Positions 26,660 to 38,807 of a DNA stretch of 64,000 nt are shown here, piece by piece (the first letter of the stretch is position 1; each line of letters starts with the position of its first letter). Where the stretch lies: positions 1 to 64,000 of the forward strand of contig JAVECL010000036.1 in NCBI GenBank assembly GCA_051942245.1, in the 5' to 3' direction. A program made the translations under genes and the position numbers. A model generated the notes under the pieces. The model searched no databases. It was given only the letters and a program-made list of their open reading frames with translations, and was not told the origin of the DNA. This DNA comes from Trypethelium eluteriae. Its lineage: Eukaryota.

Positions 26660-27165
26660 AGCCTCTTTGCAGCTGTCATTGCCAAATTTTCAAAGGCTTT
26701 ACAAGATATGGTTCCTTCTTCTGTGGCTGAAAGTTCTTGGAAAAGGGCATTCATTCAGTTAATCAAACTTTTGTCTCCCGAATTTGTCGTCCCTCACTGC
26801 TCTCAATCAGGATGGTTGTTGGCCACTCGCACTTCGTCGAATAGAGTACATTCAAGATTTATGATCGATGTCGGGATTTGCAAATTGTAGAAAGCCTCCC
26901 CTTATCTTACAAGTCTGGGAGGAGCGGCGCGATAAGCATAGTTGGCGATCGACACAGCCTCGAAAGGCAAGGTAGAATGTTAGAAGATATCAGGTGGCTA
27001 GAAGAGGCAAGTCTATAACCAGCCCAATACTATCCACCGTGCGAGTTACCCATTTTTCTGCCAGAAGGTCGATATTTATCATGCTATCATATCTATGGAA
27101 CATCTATTCTCTCCCTCTCTCTCTCTTGACAACTGGTATAGAAGGTTTTGCGCTTGGAACCTTTT

Positions 27166-28545
27166 CTACTTTACTTTCTTCCCGCCATCTGCAATTCGTT
27201 TCTCTACCTCTAACGTCCCGAGCACCTTCTTCTTGCCCTCCTTAGCACGTGCCACTGGCCGCTGTTTGATCGTTAGACAGTTGATGTCCAAAAAGTCGCA
27301 GATGTCTCTGATGACCAGGTAAGCCCACCGAAAATACACCATGTTCGCATACAAGAAAAATGCCCAAAGATAGTAGTACTCCGTAGCTTCACGGCTAAGG
27401 CCTAGCAGTGTTATTGGCTTTAATCCTAGTACCGGTAAGTTGAACAGCAAAGCACCGGCCAGGAGCGGTACAAGCATTGCTGTGAAGTATGGGAAAGGCT
27501 GCCTTGTCAAATGGGCCAAGATAATCTTGGTAGTCATCCGTCCAAAGACTAGAGACAAGGTGAGGCAGAGTAGCATCAGGTGATTTTGCAGTAGCAGGGT
27601 CGAGTGTGGACTGTACACCCAGGCACCGATTCCGAATGTGTAAATAACCATAGGAGTCCATTCCAGGAAAACTGGTGCTATTGGCAAACCCCTCTTTCGC
27701 CGAGTTGTAACAACATTGTATATACAGTCGGGCATGTGTGCAGCAAAGAACGAGAACAGCAATAATGGGACCCAACAGTCACGAATGGTATATTCACCGA
27801 AGAAATCAGCACCTCCTAGCACGTCTGCTATTTTAGAATGCCATATCTGAGGTCCGTAGATACCAGACATGATCATAATCGAGCATGCTAGGATGAGCCC
27901 TTCTGTTGGACCGTTGAAATATCCGAGGTAAAGAGTGTGAGTATGGTATGTTTCCCAAGTCGAAAAAAACATTGGTAGGCATGGGACCAGTGCCGTGAAG
28001 GTGCCGGCCTTGCCAGGTCCATAGCCCATTGCCGCAGTTTCTAGCAAGCTTCCCAATGTACAATTGAGAGAATCAATCCCATGGTCAAAGAGCTCGCCAA
28101 GCCCACTGCTTGTTCCTGTCCTCCTCGCTTGCTTCCCGTCCACATTGTCCATGGTGCTGTACATCCATAAGCCGAATGCGAAGCTAAAGTAAATCCATTG
28201 TGGACCCGGGCCAACAAGGTCAGGCACGTATATAGCGAGGAGACCGACATTGCCCAGAATGAAGAAAAATCCGAGGAGGGTGACAGTATTGGGAGCAAGC
28301 CACAATGGCAGGACATTTACGAAGGCATTCCAATAATGCTTTAGAATGTATCGCGAAATGTATGACTTGTCGACGGAGGAATATTTGTAGGATTTGAGGT
28401 GAATGAGAGCGTCGTGTGAGAGGACACCTGCCATCCACAAGAGTCAGTCTTAGTAGAATTGAAGGGTTTCGATTGACCTCGAATCCGTTAAATTGCCCTC
28501 AAGCACGGCGGCGTGAACGAAGGTGTGCAACTCACTCTTAACCAT
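27166..28545 (-). CDS. CDP-alcohol phosphatidyltransferase (choline/ethanolamine phosphotransferase, CPT1/EPT1 family)
   Basis: LKSYKYSSVDKS, WLAPNTVTL and the CDP-alcohol motif DNVDGKQARRTGTSSGLGELFDHGIDS. One 5' intron ends at 28428, and its donor is ambiguous. Confidence 0.93.
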
Positions 28546-29079
28546 TGTTGTGGAGTCGTCTTTCTCAATAGGGCGACGCTGTGTTAAGGGGAAAAAGCTT
28601 TGGCTTATATCATGGTTTCAAGCTTTTGTCAAACAAAGGTTATTGCCAGTCTGGTGAGAGGAGGACTGAACCCCGCGAAACGTAAGGACTACATTTTTTT
28701 ATGGACTGTGGAGCTTAGGTCGAGTTTATGACGATAGTTGCCCGATCCCGGCCGCGGCAAATGCATTAATAGAGAGGTACCTAACCGCCTAGTGCTATCT
28801 CTCAGCTTGCTTAAGCACGTGAAATATGGGTGCATCCTCCCTAAGCCAAAGTTTAATCGTGTTGGTATTCCTTTTGAACAGTTGCTTTGGTAGCTTTCAC
28901 ATTGGACCGTGAATTTTGGCTGCATCCAGCCATTTATGATCACTCGGAAACTAAGATACAAAAAGTACATACTGCCCTGAGCCACCATGCCCGAGATTTG
29001 GGAATCGGCCATAACCAAACTCGAACGCTGTCATTTCCAACAAACACGTATTCATCACCTCGTTTGCTTCTGGCTGTCT

Positions 29080-29877
29080 TCAATGACAGGCAACGGTCTT
29101 CTGCGCAGAGCCTTGTCCGAAAGCCAAGTATCCCATGAATGCCCCAACAGCAACCGCTAACATCACCCATCCGTTATATGTCATGAACAGGAGCCTTACA
29201 AATCATACAAGTTAGTTGAGAATACGTCAATCTCGCGCTTCGTGAGACCAGTCAGCACTCACATGATGAAGAATGAGTAGAAGACTTGGACTGCATAAAA
29301 GGCGGCCTTGATGACTTTACTTTTCCTCTCCGCGCTCGCCTTCGTTCGTCCTGGGTAGAGCAATGAGCTTGCTTCTGTCGTATCTTGACACGTGAGATTC
29401 AGTATCTCGGAACGATAAGGCCCACATCTAATTTATTCCACTGGTCGCGCTGTCTCCACACCACTTCACCTCTTCTCGCTCACTTCACTCCTACGTCTCT
29501 CCGTGGGAAGGTGTAGCTTACTTGGCAGTGAATCTATCTCTTGCTTCGACGAACTCTCATACCTGCGTGAGAGCTCTCGAACAGCCTCGTATCCTGCGGT
29601 GAGGGCGGCGACGGCGATGAGGGAGCCAACCAAGGAGATCGTTGAGCGGATGTGCCAAGATTTAAAAATGATGCAGAGGTCGGTTGGGTCCCAAGTAAAT
29701 AGCATCTAGAAACAGGACGCCAGGTCAGCCACCCAAATGCTCCATAAAAGCTTTCCCAAAAGCGAGAACAGCGCAAGGACAAAAACGTCGTCTGTCAGTG
29801 AGAATGCTTACACTCATTTGGCACATTGGCTCCATATTGCCCATGTCACCACCATGATGCATGTGCCCGTGATCCAT
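29080..29877 (-). CDS. CTR2: Ctr-family copper transporter (Ctr2-like), 4 exons
   Basis: Met/His-rich start MDHGHMHHGDM..CQMS|MLFTWD, the MxxxM motif IM|LLFMTYNGW, a GxxxG helix and the C-terminus VACH*. Confidence 0.92.
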
Positions 29878-30134
29878 GATCACGACGAGATATTCTGAAG
29901 GCTAGATGCGGACTTCTGAGGAGGGTGGATTAATTTTTGGAGAGGCCGTTCAAGCCGCACTCCTAACGCGAATCGTTTCATAGGGCTAAAAGTGTAAGTG
30001 ACGGGTAGAAGAGCATAGCGTCGATGATATCAGCGGGGTCCCGAAAGATTTCCAATCCAGCTTCGACCTAAATGCTGTAAATTATCACTCAACTATAAGA
30101 CACATTTTCTGTCTTCGGATCCAGCTCGGAGAAG

Positions 30135-30891
30135 ATGAAGTCGTCGAGAATAATACGGTCTATAACTACGGGAGGCTTAAATCGCTCTCTTCGACAGCAG
30201 AGCCTTTATCCGTGTCATCGCTTGCAAGGCGCTCCATTCTCTAGCACAACACATCGGCGAGAGCTCGCTGCTCCACTGAACATTCCGAAATGGTACGCCA
30301 TCAAATATATGTATAAATGTGCCGAGTTCACACTTCGCCTTTAACAGGCTCTCAGAAAACGCGCACCTTCTCAAACCACCCGTCAACAACCACCTAATAA
30401 ACAACGATGAGATGACCGTCCAAATAGTGGGTGGCCCGAATGCCCGGACTGATTACCACATCAACACGACGCCAGAATGGTTCTACCAATATCAAGGCTC
30501 TATGCTGCTCAAGACCGTTGACATGTCGGTTTCACCCTCCACCTTCGAGTCCGCCGAAGCTCTCAAACCTTCCACGGGCGGCATTTTCAAAGACATCCAC
30601 ATCCACGAAGGCGACATCTTCCTCCTTCCCGCAAACGTCCCACATAATCCCGTGCGCTTTGCAAATACTGTTGGGGTGGTGATTGAACAGCCGCGGCCAA
30701 AGGACAGCGTTGATCGCTTGAGGTGGTATTGCCAGGCATGCGGAGAGAAGGTACACGAGAAAAGTTTCTATTGTACAGATCTGGGTACGCAGATCAAGGA
30801 AGCCGTGCAGGCGTTTGAAAAAGATGCCGAGGCAAGGACCTGCAAAAAGTGTGGTGAGATTTGTGATGTGAGGCCAAAGGCCAAAGCGTAG
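30135..30891 (+). CDS. BNA1: 3-hydroxyanthranilate 3,4-dioxygenase, 2 exons
   Basis: PLNIPKW|LSENAHLLKPPVNN, VGGPNARTDYHIN, PEWFYQ, PHNPVRF and rubredoxin-like CQAC/CKKC. Intron at 30293-30347. Confidence 0.95.
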
Positions 30892-30963
30892 GAGCTGGGC
30901 TGGCGAGCCCACTTGTATATATAGTAACGGAGCGAATAATGAGTTTGCACGCTGCAGAATAAA

Positions 30964-33265
30964 TCACAGCCCCTTCCATGCAAGTTTACTAACATGATCC
31001 AATTTCTTTCGGCTCGTCTTCAAGAATCCCATATATTTGAGCTCAGCGAGCGCTCGCTGGAAAAGTACCCTAGATTGGCTTGTTAGAGAAATTTGGAACT
31101 CGGAGCGGATAAGATGCACGTACATGACGCGCTTTTCGTCATCATCATTATCATCTTTCACAATGATTGCGTTGAATGCCGAATAAAGGTCAGAAACATT
31201 GATTAGAGAGCCCGATTCCAGATACAGTTGATAGAGAATCGAAGTTGGCGGGTTCGATGGCATTAAGACTGACTAGAAATGCATGGTCAGCATTTGGTAG
31301 AGCTTGTGAAATCAGTCCGTTCCGTACCTCGTCTTCGTGGACTCGACCAACCTGGCAACAGCGGCAGTTGAGATAGTCATGAGGAGTTGACAGCGCACGC
31401 TCAATAACGAGTCGAGGTCTGGGCATTGAGGAGTCTCGATGCGGGCTTTTGATGTCATACATGAAAATCTCGTGCGTGAACAAAGCTTTGGGGTCGATTA
31501 GCATGGCATCAAAGTATTCGGAGAGATTTCGGTGCAAGTCCCGCACGATCTCAGAGTATTCGCTTTCCTGTTTCGTAAGACTTGACTTTTGTTTGCTTAG
31601 CTCAACCTTTTGAGCGACTACGGTGGTCCTTAAGGTTTCATGGCGGAGATCGTGCTCGCTCCTCAAAGGATCAGCTGCATGCTCGTTTCCTGAAATGAGT
31701 TCATCGAGCCTTTTGAGCATCTGTTCGGCTACTTTGGCAATTTGAACTTGGTTCGCAGATCTGAGATAGCCTAGTATCGCTGGCAACTTGTTGGATGCCA
31801 CCTTCTTTACCAAGAGAAGAAGTTCTCGAATGATTGGAGACTGATTTAGGGTACCTGCTGTGGCTTTTGTGTAGAGGCTGGAGAAGGTGATATCGGGTTG
31901 CTGTTGGAAAACAGCTCTCAAATGACGCACAAGCTTCAAAGCCCCAATGATGCCTCTCATCTTATCTGTTCCGCTTTGCAAGGCATGTTGAATACTTTGG
32001 AGGAGTTGCTGGTCTGAGTCGAGCCACGAGCGTACAGTATCGGTCTCGCCATCTTCAAGTGTGTCTTCAGCATATCTGATATGCGTTAGCGGAGAGTCCA
32101 AGTTTTGAGTTGGTGCTTACCTTCGAAAGGATGCAAGATTTCTTGCGCTTTCGAAATGATCCTTGGGTGTAGTCTTGTCTGTAGAACCTTCAAAGACAAA
32201 CAAGCTAAGTGGATTGGCGTAGAAATGAGACATATAAGCATACTGTGCAAACATTAGTCAATTATAAGTTCTACCATGGACGAACATACTTGAACAGCGT
32301 CTACGAATGCTTGCACACTTTGAAAATGATCGTTTTGCCGATCTATCATCATCCGACAAAGTCCCGGACCAAGCCAGAGTCTTTGATCAGGATCGTCTAT
32401 CGTAACTTCGAAGACTCGCTCAAGCATATCATTTGCTTTTACAGCGTCAAATTGTTGTCCTTCTAACTTTCGAATCGTCGCCCGAGGAAGACGGTCTTGG
32501 AAATGTTCTACGGATGTGGCGACGCCGAAAAGGAGCACAAATTTTACTGGGAAAGTACTATATATCATCAGTCAGACACAAGACACATATCGACTAATGA
32601 GCAAACCTGAGTACGTCTATGGCTTCTGCGAGTAATTCGGCATCAAAGGCTTCGCTGTCCTCGAACCCCACGACAACCTTTGCAACGCGATGCTCTGCCG
32701 CCCACTCCTGCAGAGTTCGAAGATCATAGTTCAATGATCGGGGCCCTTTTCGATGGGGGGCGAATTCGTCTTCGTTATCATCGAGGGCTTCACTTCGCGA
32801 TGTTGCCCGCTGGATAAGAGTTCTCAGAAGACCTTTGAGATTCAACGCATCTCTAGAGGACAAAGCAACAAAGGCATTGCAATCCTTTGTTTTCTGGATT
32901 GCTGCAGCTAATTGCTCGAAGAGTCTCCGTTGAGAGGAGAGGTCCGGCCCGCCGGAAATAATCCCAGTTGGAATTGTAGAGCTGGTGCCGTCCGATCTCG
33001 TCTGGTCGATGAAGTCCAAAATATTATCTAAAGTCTCTTGGTTGGATTTGTCGAGAACATCCTAATCCTTGTCAGAAATTGAGAAGCCAAAGGTAGGGAA
33101 GATGAAGAGGTTCACGTTAATGCGTTGCTCTTGCCGCCTCCACAGTTCACTGTATAACTGCTTGCGCTGTTCCCATGATGACAACGAACTTTTCCGATCA
33201 ATTTTTCGCTTCTTCTTAGGTCGCTCGTCTGGGAACTCAAGGATGTAGCATTTTTCGTACTCCAT
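30964..33265 (-). CDS. ORC3: Origin recognition complex subunit 3, 7 exons
   Basis: MEYEKCY..., IPTGIISGGP, FEDSEAFD, FVLLFGVATS, YAYMSHFYANPL, ERALSTPHDYL, LYLESGSLIN, ALAELKYMGF. Confidence 0.93.
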
Positions 33266-33296
33266 TGACGTGTGATACCAGACTTGGATTGGGTAG

Positions 33297-33309
33297 ACGC
33301 GTCGCGCGT
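33297..33309. promoter_or_regulatory. MCB-like cell-cycle elements upstream of ORC3
   Basis: ACGCGT followed by CGCGCGT about 30-45 bp upstream of the ORC3 ATG. MCB boxes are established MBF sites at replication genes in yeasts. Confidence 0.45.
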
Positions 33310-34484
33310 CCTCGGCTAGAAGATTGCCAAAATGCTCCGCAGAAAACGCACGACCGCTAGGTAAGCACGAGTGGCACTGTAAGTACCCTAAAGGCACATA
33401 TGACTAGGTACAGTCTAGAATTACAATCGTCTGTTTTCTCACTCCAGTGCGCAGTTTGTCGACGAGATTCTCTCACACTACTCTACAGTGCAGGTTGGAG
33501 TAGACTTTCTGTTCGCAACCGTTCTCATGAACTGCTCACAACCAAGTTGTGACGCGGGAACATAGCTTAGCAGTATCTGCGTAGAGCCTAGGTACTAGGT
33601 AGATATGCATTAATTCTACTTCAACAAAACGGCTCCTTCGCCTTTCCAGTGCATCGCATTAAGATGATTCTACTGATTCTGATATTTGGAGACAACATCG
33701 TCAACAACACGCCAGGCGAGAAGGTAAACCAAAACCGAGTACTCCGTATCCTTCACAAGGTTACTTGCCGGCCCGGGCTTGCCTCAATTTTGCCAGCCAG
33801 AGGTCTTGTAACAGGTTGGTGGTGCATGCTTTGCGTGTTTATTTTCATCCCAGGAATAGTATTCTAGTCCTTGTAAGATCGATGCCATGGATGCCAAGGG
33901 ATAAGTGTGCGCCCAGCCCCGTGGATGGCACTGAATGTGGAAGGTCGCCGCCAAGACCAGTGACGTCGACGCGAGATTTTATTTCCCACGAGATCCGGAC
34001 TTCCAATTCTTACCTTAGGTAGCAGACCCTCTGCAACACTTCGCCCCGTTTCCCGCAGATTGCTCCTCATTTAAGCCGAGAAATCTTCCGTAGGTCCATC
34101 TTCCCTGGAAATGCTTACTCTAGTCTCGTACAACTACCGCTTTCCGCTTCGAATCTCGAGCCTGACCGGCAGGAAATTGCATCCCTTTGCAGATCGGACG
34201 TCAACCTGCATATCTTCCGCTCCCTGTACCTGAGTCTAATACTTGAAAGATGATCAGGGCTAGCAAATCCAGAGAAGCGAAGATCCCCGCAGCAATACGG
34301 AGTACACAATACTCTAATGCGGAGCCCCAAAACGCGTCACCCTAGAATGGGTACGCCGAGAAATGGCACCCACCGCACCGTTGTAATGCTTTGCGGGGTA
34401 GAGGTAGGGCTATATATTTCGTAGCAAATGCTCCCCAAGAATGGCTCCTTTGGCATTTTAATACGAGTCCTTGTGTCCGTAAAA

Positions 34485-36119
34485 ATGGTGCGCTGGTCAT
34501 TCGCTCGCCAAGCTCTTGCCGTGGTGTCATTGTTTTACAATCCAGTAGACTCGTACCTGGACAATAAAACTGGTGAAGTAATTATTCCTGGTGCATCTTC
34601 CTACAATGGACTCAACCATTTGCCTCAAATGGGTTGGGATAATTGGAACGCTTTCCAGTGCAATGTTAATGAAAGCCTCCTGCTCAACACCGCTCGAGCA
34701 ATGGTCGACTATGGACTCAGGGACCTTGGCTACAATTATATCGTCTTGGATGACTGCTGGTCAATTGGACGTAATTCGACTGGTTATCTGGTGGCCAATC
34801 GTATGCTTCTCTCAATTTGATCGCTTTGCCATTCATTACTAATATTTGGAAGCCGAGAAATTCCCAAGTGGAATGAAGCATGTCGCAGATACACTTCACA
34901 GCATGGGCATGAAGTTTGGCATGTATTCCTCTGCTGGTGTTTACACCTGCGGTAAATATCCGGGTTCTCTTGGTTATGAACAGAAAGATGCGGATCTTTG
35001 GGCAAGTTGGGACGTTGATTATCTGAAGTACGACAACTGTTACAACCAGGGGCAATCAGGGAATGCGATGCTGTCTTTCAACCGGTATGATATTATGTCA
35101 AAAGCGCTGAACAAGACGGGACGGCCGATCCTTTACTCTTTGTGCAACTGGGGAGATGATAACCCATTCGACTGGGCATACACCATTTCGAATTCCTGGC
35201 GTATGTCCGGAGATGTCTATGACTCCTTCAATCGCCCTGATAGTCGTTGTCCCTGTACAGAAACACCGTGCGCGTGGCCTGGATATCATTGCTCGATTAT
35301 GAATATTTTGAACAAGATGACGCCAATTACATCAAGGTCGCAGCCGGGTGCCTTTAATGACATGGATATGTTGGAGGTTGGCAATGGAGGTCAAAGTGGT
35401 AAGCAGATCCATAAGCTAGAATCGTTGCTGGGCAGAGTCATCTAATGATTGTGGCAGATAGCGAATACGTTGTGCACTTCTCTATGTGGGCCATTAACTC
35501 TTCTCCACTGCTTATAGGTACCAACGTCCTTACTCTTTCTCCTGCGAACCTTGCTATATATTCCAATCCTGCCGTCATCGCCCTCAATCAGGACCCGTCT
35601 GGATCCGCTGCCGTCCGTAAATGGCAATATTTCGTCAACCCTGACGAAACTGGTGAGGGTGAGATTGCTCTCTGGACACGCGCGATGGACAATGGTGATC
35701 AGGTCTTCGCTCTGCTCAATGCTGGAAATCTGAGTATGATGATGAACACTACACTCTATGATATATTCCTCGATGATGCAACTGCTGGCGCCTACCAGGC
35801 CCCGCCAGAACTCTCAGAGAGCTGGGATGTGTATGACTTGTGGGCAAATCGTATGAGTGATGAAGAAGCTGGATCAATCATCAATGGAACTGCACCGACG
35901 ATTGGTGCAGATTCCAATAGCACCACGAGGTATAATGCGACTGCTACGAGTTATGCTGACGGACTGATGAACAATAATACGGCATTGTACGGTTCAAAAG
36001 TGGGCACCATTGGGCCAGGATCTCAAAGCAGGTTCTCTGCGATGATAGATCGACACTCAGTGGGCCTATATAGGATTAGGCAAGCTTCGAGCACGATGCG
36101 AAAGCGAGACGAGCTATGA
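34485..36119 (+). CDS. GH27 alpha-galactosidase with signal peptide and C-terminal RDEL, 3 exons
   Basis: PQMGWDNWN, LDDCW, YLKYDNC, SWRMSGD, NDMDMLEVGN. Introns at 34801-34852 and 35399-35457. Confidence 0.94.
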
Positions 36120-37147
36120 CAGCGTACCAAGGCGGTCATCAAGAAACGTCGGTGGGCTACAGCAAGACTCGAGAGCACTGCATCAAGCCTAAAAGAATTC
36201 CAGGGCTCTTTTGGATCTAAAATAGAATAACGAAATCTTTTATGGGTTCTCATCTCAAGATCATTCTGAATAATTTATGTGGCTCTGGATACATAGTATC
36301 AGGTACCCATTAAACCTCCATAGGCCAAAAATTTGGCTACGTTTAACAGTACAGGCATTTTTAATTCCACTCACGATTGGGAAAAGTCGGTGCTGTAAGC
36401 ATAGCTAGCGACCATTCATCAAACCTCGTAGTAGACCTTGTAAACTCAATGTCTTTCATCGCCCCGGCCGTTACAGGCTTCGAAGAACGAGAAATAACAA
36501 GCATGAAATGCGGAAGAAAGCATGACTGCTACTGTGAGCAGCCTGTAGCACTGGGAAAATAAGATAATTTACGATCGAAGCGAGTGACTCCGAAATAAAT
36601 GAGCTCAGCTATTACTTGAGCTACTGTACTGTTAACCCAATTCCGATTCGGATCCTCCAGTACTTCTAGCGGTGTCGTCATGTTGACTTGTTCTCCTCAC
36701 TGACATTGTGAGGTAATTCTCTCTCTAGGAACGCGACAACGCATTGAGAGGTGACTTAGGCGAGAATTTGAGAGTTGCGGTAAACAGTTTTCGGGTGACT
36801 GGTTTTATAGGTAGATCAGTACCAAGGTAAGGTTATATCAAATTCAAGCTTACGTAATCGTGTTATTCCTACCTGTATCTAAACAGGTGCATCAAACTCA
36901 AGCCAAGCAACTACGGAGCACTTCCCAAAAAGTCCTGAGTCTCAGTGCTAGGTAGGTATCTTTTGTTCCAGCGGCGCCACATAGTCTAGAAGTACAGAAC
37001 AAGCCCAAAATCTACTCAACTAGATACAATAATTATCAACTTCAGGCAGTCTTACCACACAAGAAACAGATGACAGGCGATAGTCGCCTACTTCGGCTTT
37101 AGCTTGGTCTGCTCTCCCTAAGTTGTACCAATATAGTATCAACGTGT

Positions 37148-38458
37148 CTACTTTCCCCTTGCCCCTGGTCCGCTCACCCCGGCCCCAATAACAGAAGGTA
37201 ACTCTTCACTACCCATGCTCAATAAAAGTCCAATCCCCCATGCAACCGCACTGACCATAGCAATGGTGAATCCGGCAAGAAGCCAGAAGCTCGTGCTCAC
37301 ATCCCTTTTCTGACATGCTGGCCCACCCCAGACAGTTGTGAGGAGTTGTCCCATGTCATTCTTGTCGACGGTATTTTGGCATTTGCAGGCCCAGCATTCT
37401 TTCTGACTGCCCTGTTGGTCTTTATTTGTATACTTGAGTTCGCAGGTACCATGGCCAGAACATCCATTTGTCTTCCCACTGCAGGCATCCGCGTTGGGAA
37501 AGCATGCTGGGAGAATACCGGCCGGAGGCGTTGTTGATGTAGGAGCAGAGGTTGAGCCACTGCTGGAGGCAGAACTCGAGGCGGCAGCTGAAACTGTCTC
37601 AATATTCTCGCCACTCTTAGAGCCTTGAGCTTCAGCTTCTAGAAGTTCCTCTCCTTGGCGCTTTGCATGTGCGTGTGCATGTGCATAAGCATGTGGCGAA
37701 CGGATGTAAGATTCTGTAAATTCTGTGGGCAGGGAATAGCTGCCCCACGAGTTATCATTAGAAGAATTAGAGGTGGGCATAAATATTAGCGTGAGGGTAG
37801 CAGATTTGGAGCGTAGCGTGGAGAGGAGTTGACCGATGTTGTCTGAGGATTGCCGGTGGAGAAAGTAGCGGTCGCTGGCTGGGAGACTCTTGTACGATCC
37901 GTCATGCTCCAGGTGATGCGCTAAATTTGAGGATGGAGCAAGACCATCTTCAGCAGAACTGGCTTGTTCAACGAGGTCCTGTAGAAGCGCGGCATTCGAA
38001 GAGGGAGAGGGAGGATTGGATATGTCAAATGAGGGAAGCGAAATCAGAGAGGGATCAATGTCTATATTGTTCCAGTCAGCCGCAAATTCGGGCGAAGAGA
38101 TGCCACTTGCGAATATCATGATACCTTCTGGCCACTCCCCCTCCTCAACAACGACTATCGCCTGAGGCCTTCTGCTCGAACTTGGATTGACGAAGAGGGT
38201 CTGTTCCGGGGCCGCATATCGATTAATATATCCCAAATCCTCCTCATCTACCCCCTGAAGTGCGTGGAAACTTGATAAGCCCAATCTTTGCGCAATTATT
38301 AACCGCGCAGTGTCAGCTGGTAAGCTGGGTTGTTTTGATGTTGGCTCTGGAACGCTGTCCGGATCGTGAAGATATACGCGGGCGACCGCAGAGGATGCTG
38401 CCACAACGGATATATGACAGGTCAATCCAGAGAGAAGCAAGCTCGGTAACGGCTTCAT
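37148..38458 (-). CDS. VPS3844: DUF3844 / Vps3844 type I membrane protein
   Basis: Signal peptide, ARLIIAQRLGLS, a Cys-rich CSGHG.C..C.C..WGGPACQKRD segment, a TM helix and LPSVIGAGV. Probable in-frame 63-nt intron at 38062-38124. Confidence 0.85.
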   Translation of the reverse strand: MKPLPSLLLSGLTCHISVVAASSAVARVYLHDPDSVPEPTSKQPSLPADTARLIIAQRLGLSSFHALQGVDEEDLGYINRYAAPEQTLFVNPSSSRRPQAIVVVEEGEWPEGIMIFASGISSPEFAADWNNIDIDPSLISLPSFDISNPPSPSSNAALLQDLVEQASSAEDGLAPSSNLAHHLEHDGSYKSLPASDRYFLHRQSSDNIGQLLSTLRSKSATLTLIFMPTSNSSNDNSWGSYSLPTEFTESYIRSPHAYAHAHAHAKRQGEELLEAEAQGSKSGENIETVSAAASSSASSSGSTSAPTSTTPPAGILPACFPNADACSGKTNGCSGHGTCELKYTNKDQQGSQKECWACKCQNTVDKNDMGQLLTTVWGGPACQKRDVSTSFWLLAGFTIAMVSAVAWGIGLLLSMGSEELPSVIGAGVSGPGARGK

Positions 38459-38807
38459 GGTTGTGGATTGGGGAGGGAAATACGAAGCGATGCTTTCGAG
38501 GGACAGCGCGAAGCTCTGGGGAGGTGATGGTCTGGACAGTTCGCTGTTGCGGACGGCAAGCGTCATGAGGCGTCACGAATCAACCACCCCTCGATCTACG
38601 TAGTCTGCGCCGTACATAAGGTATTGGCCTATCGCCAACCGCACGACTTATCCTCCATGGCATTTTGAGATTCATATTATTCTAGCTGGTGATACCCTCT
38701 CGCTTCTTTGGTTTCTTGCTTTACGGCGTCTGCTTGCCCGCATCCCGATTCTTTCCCCACTCCCGTCGTCCTTTATCCCTTCATTACATCCAGCCTCACT
38801 CCCAGAT

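Noticed and set aside
36117..36230. TGA-C stop of the GH27 gene followed by an open frame
   Set aside because: The context is TGA-CAG, not CTA, and the extension ends without a targeting motif.
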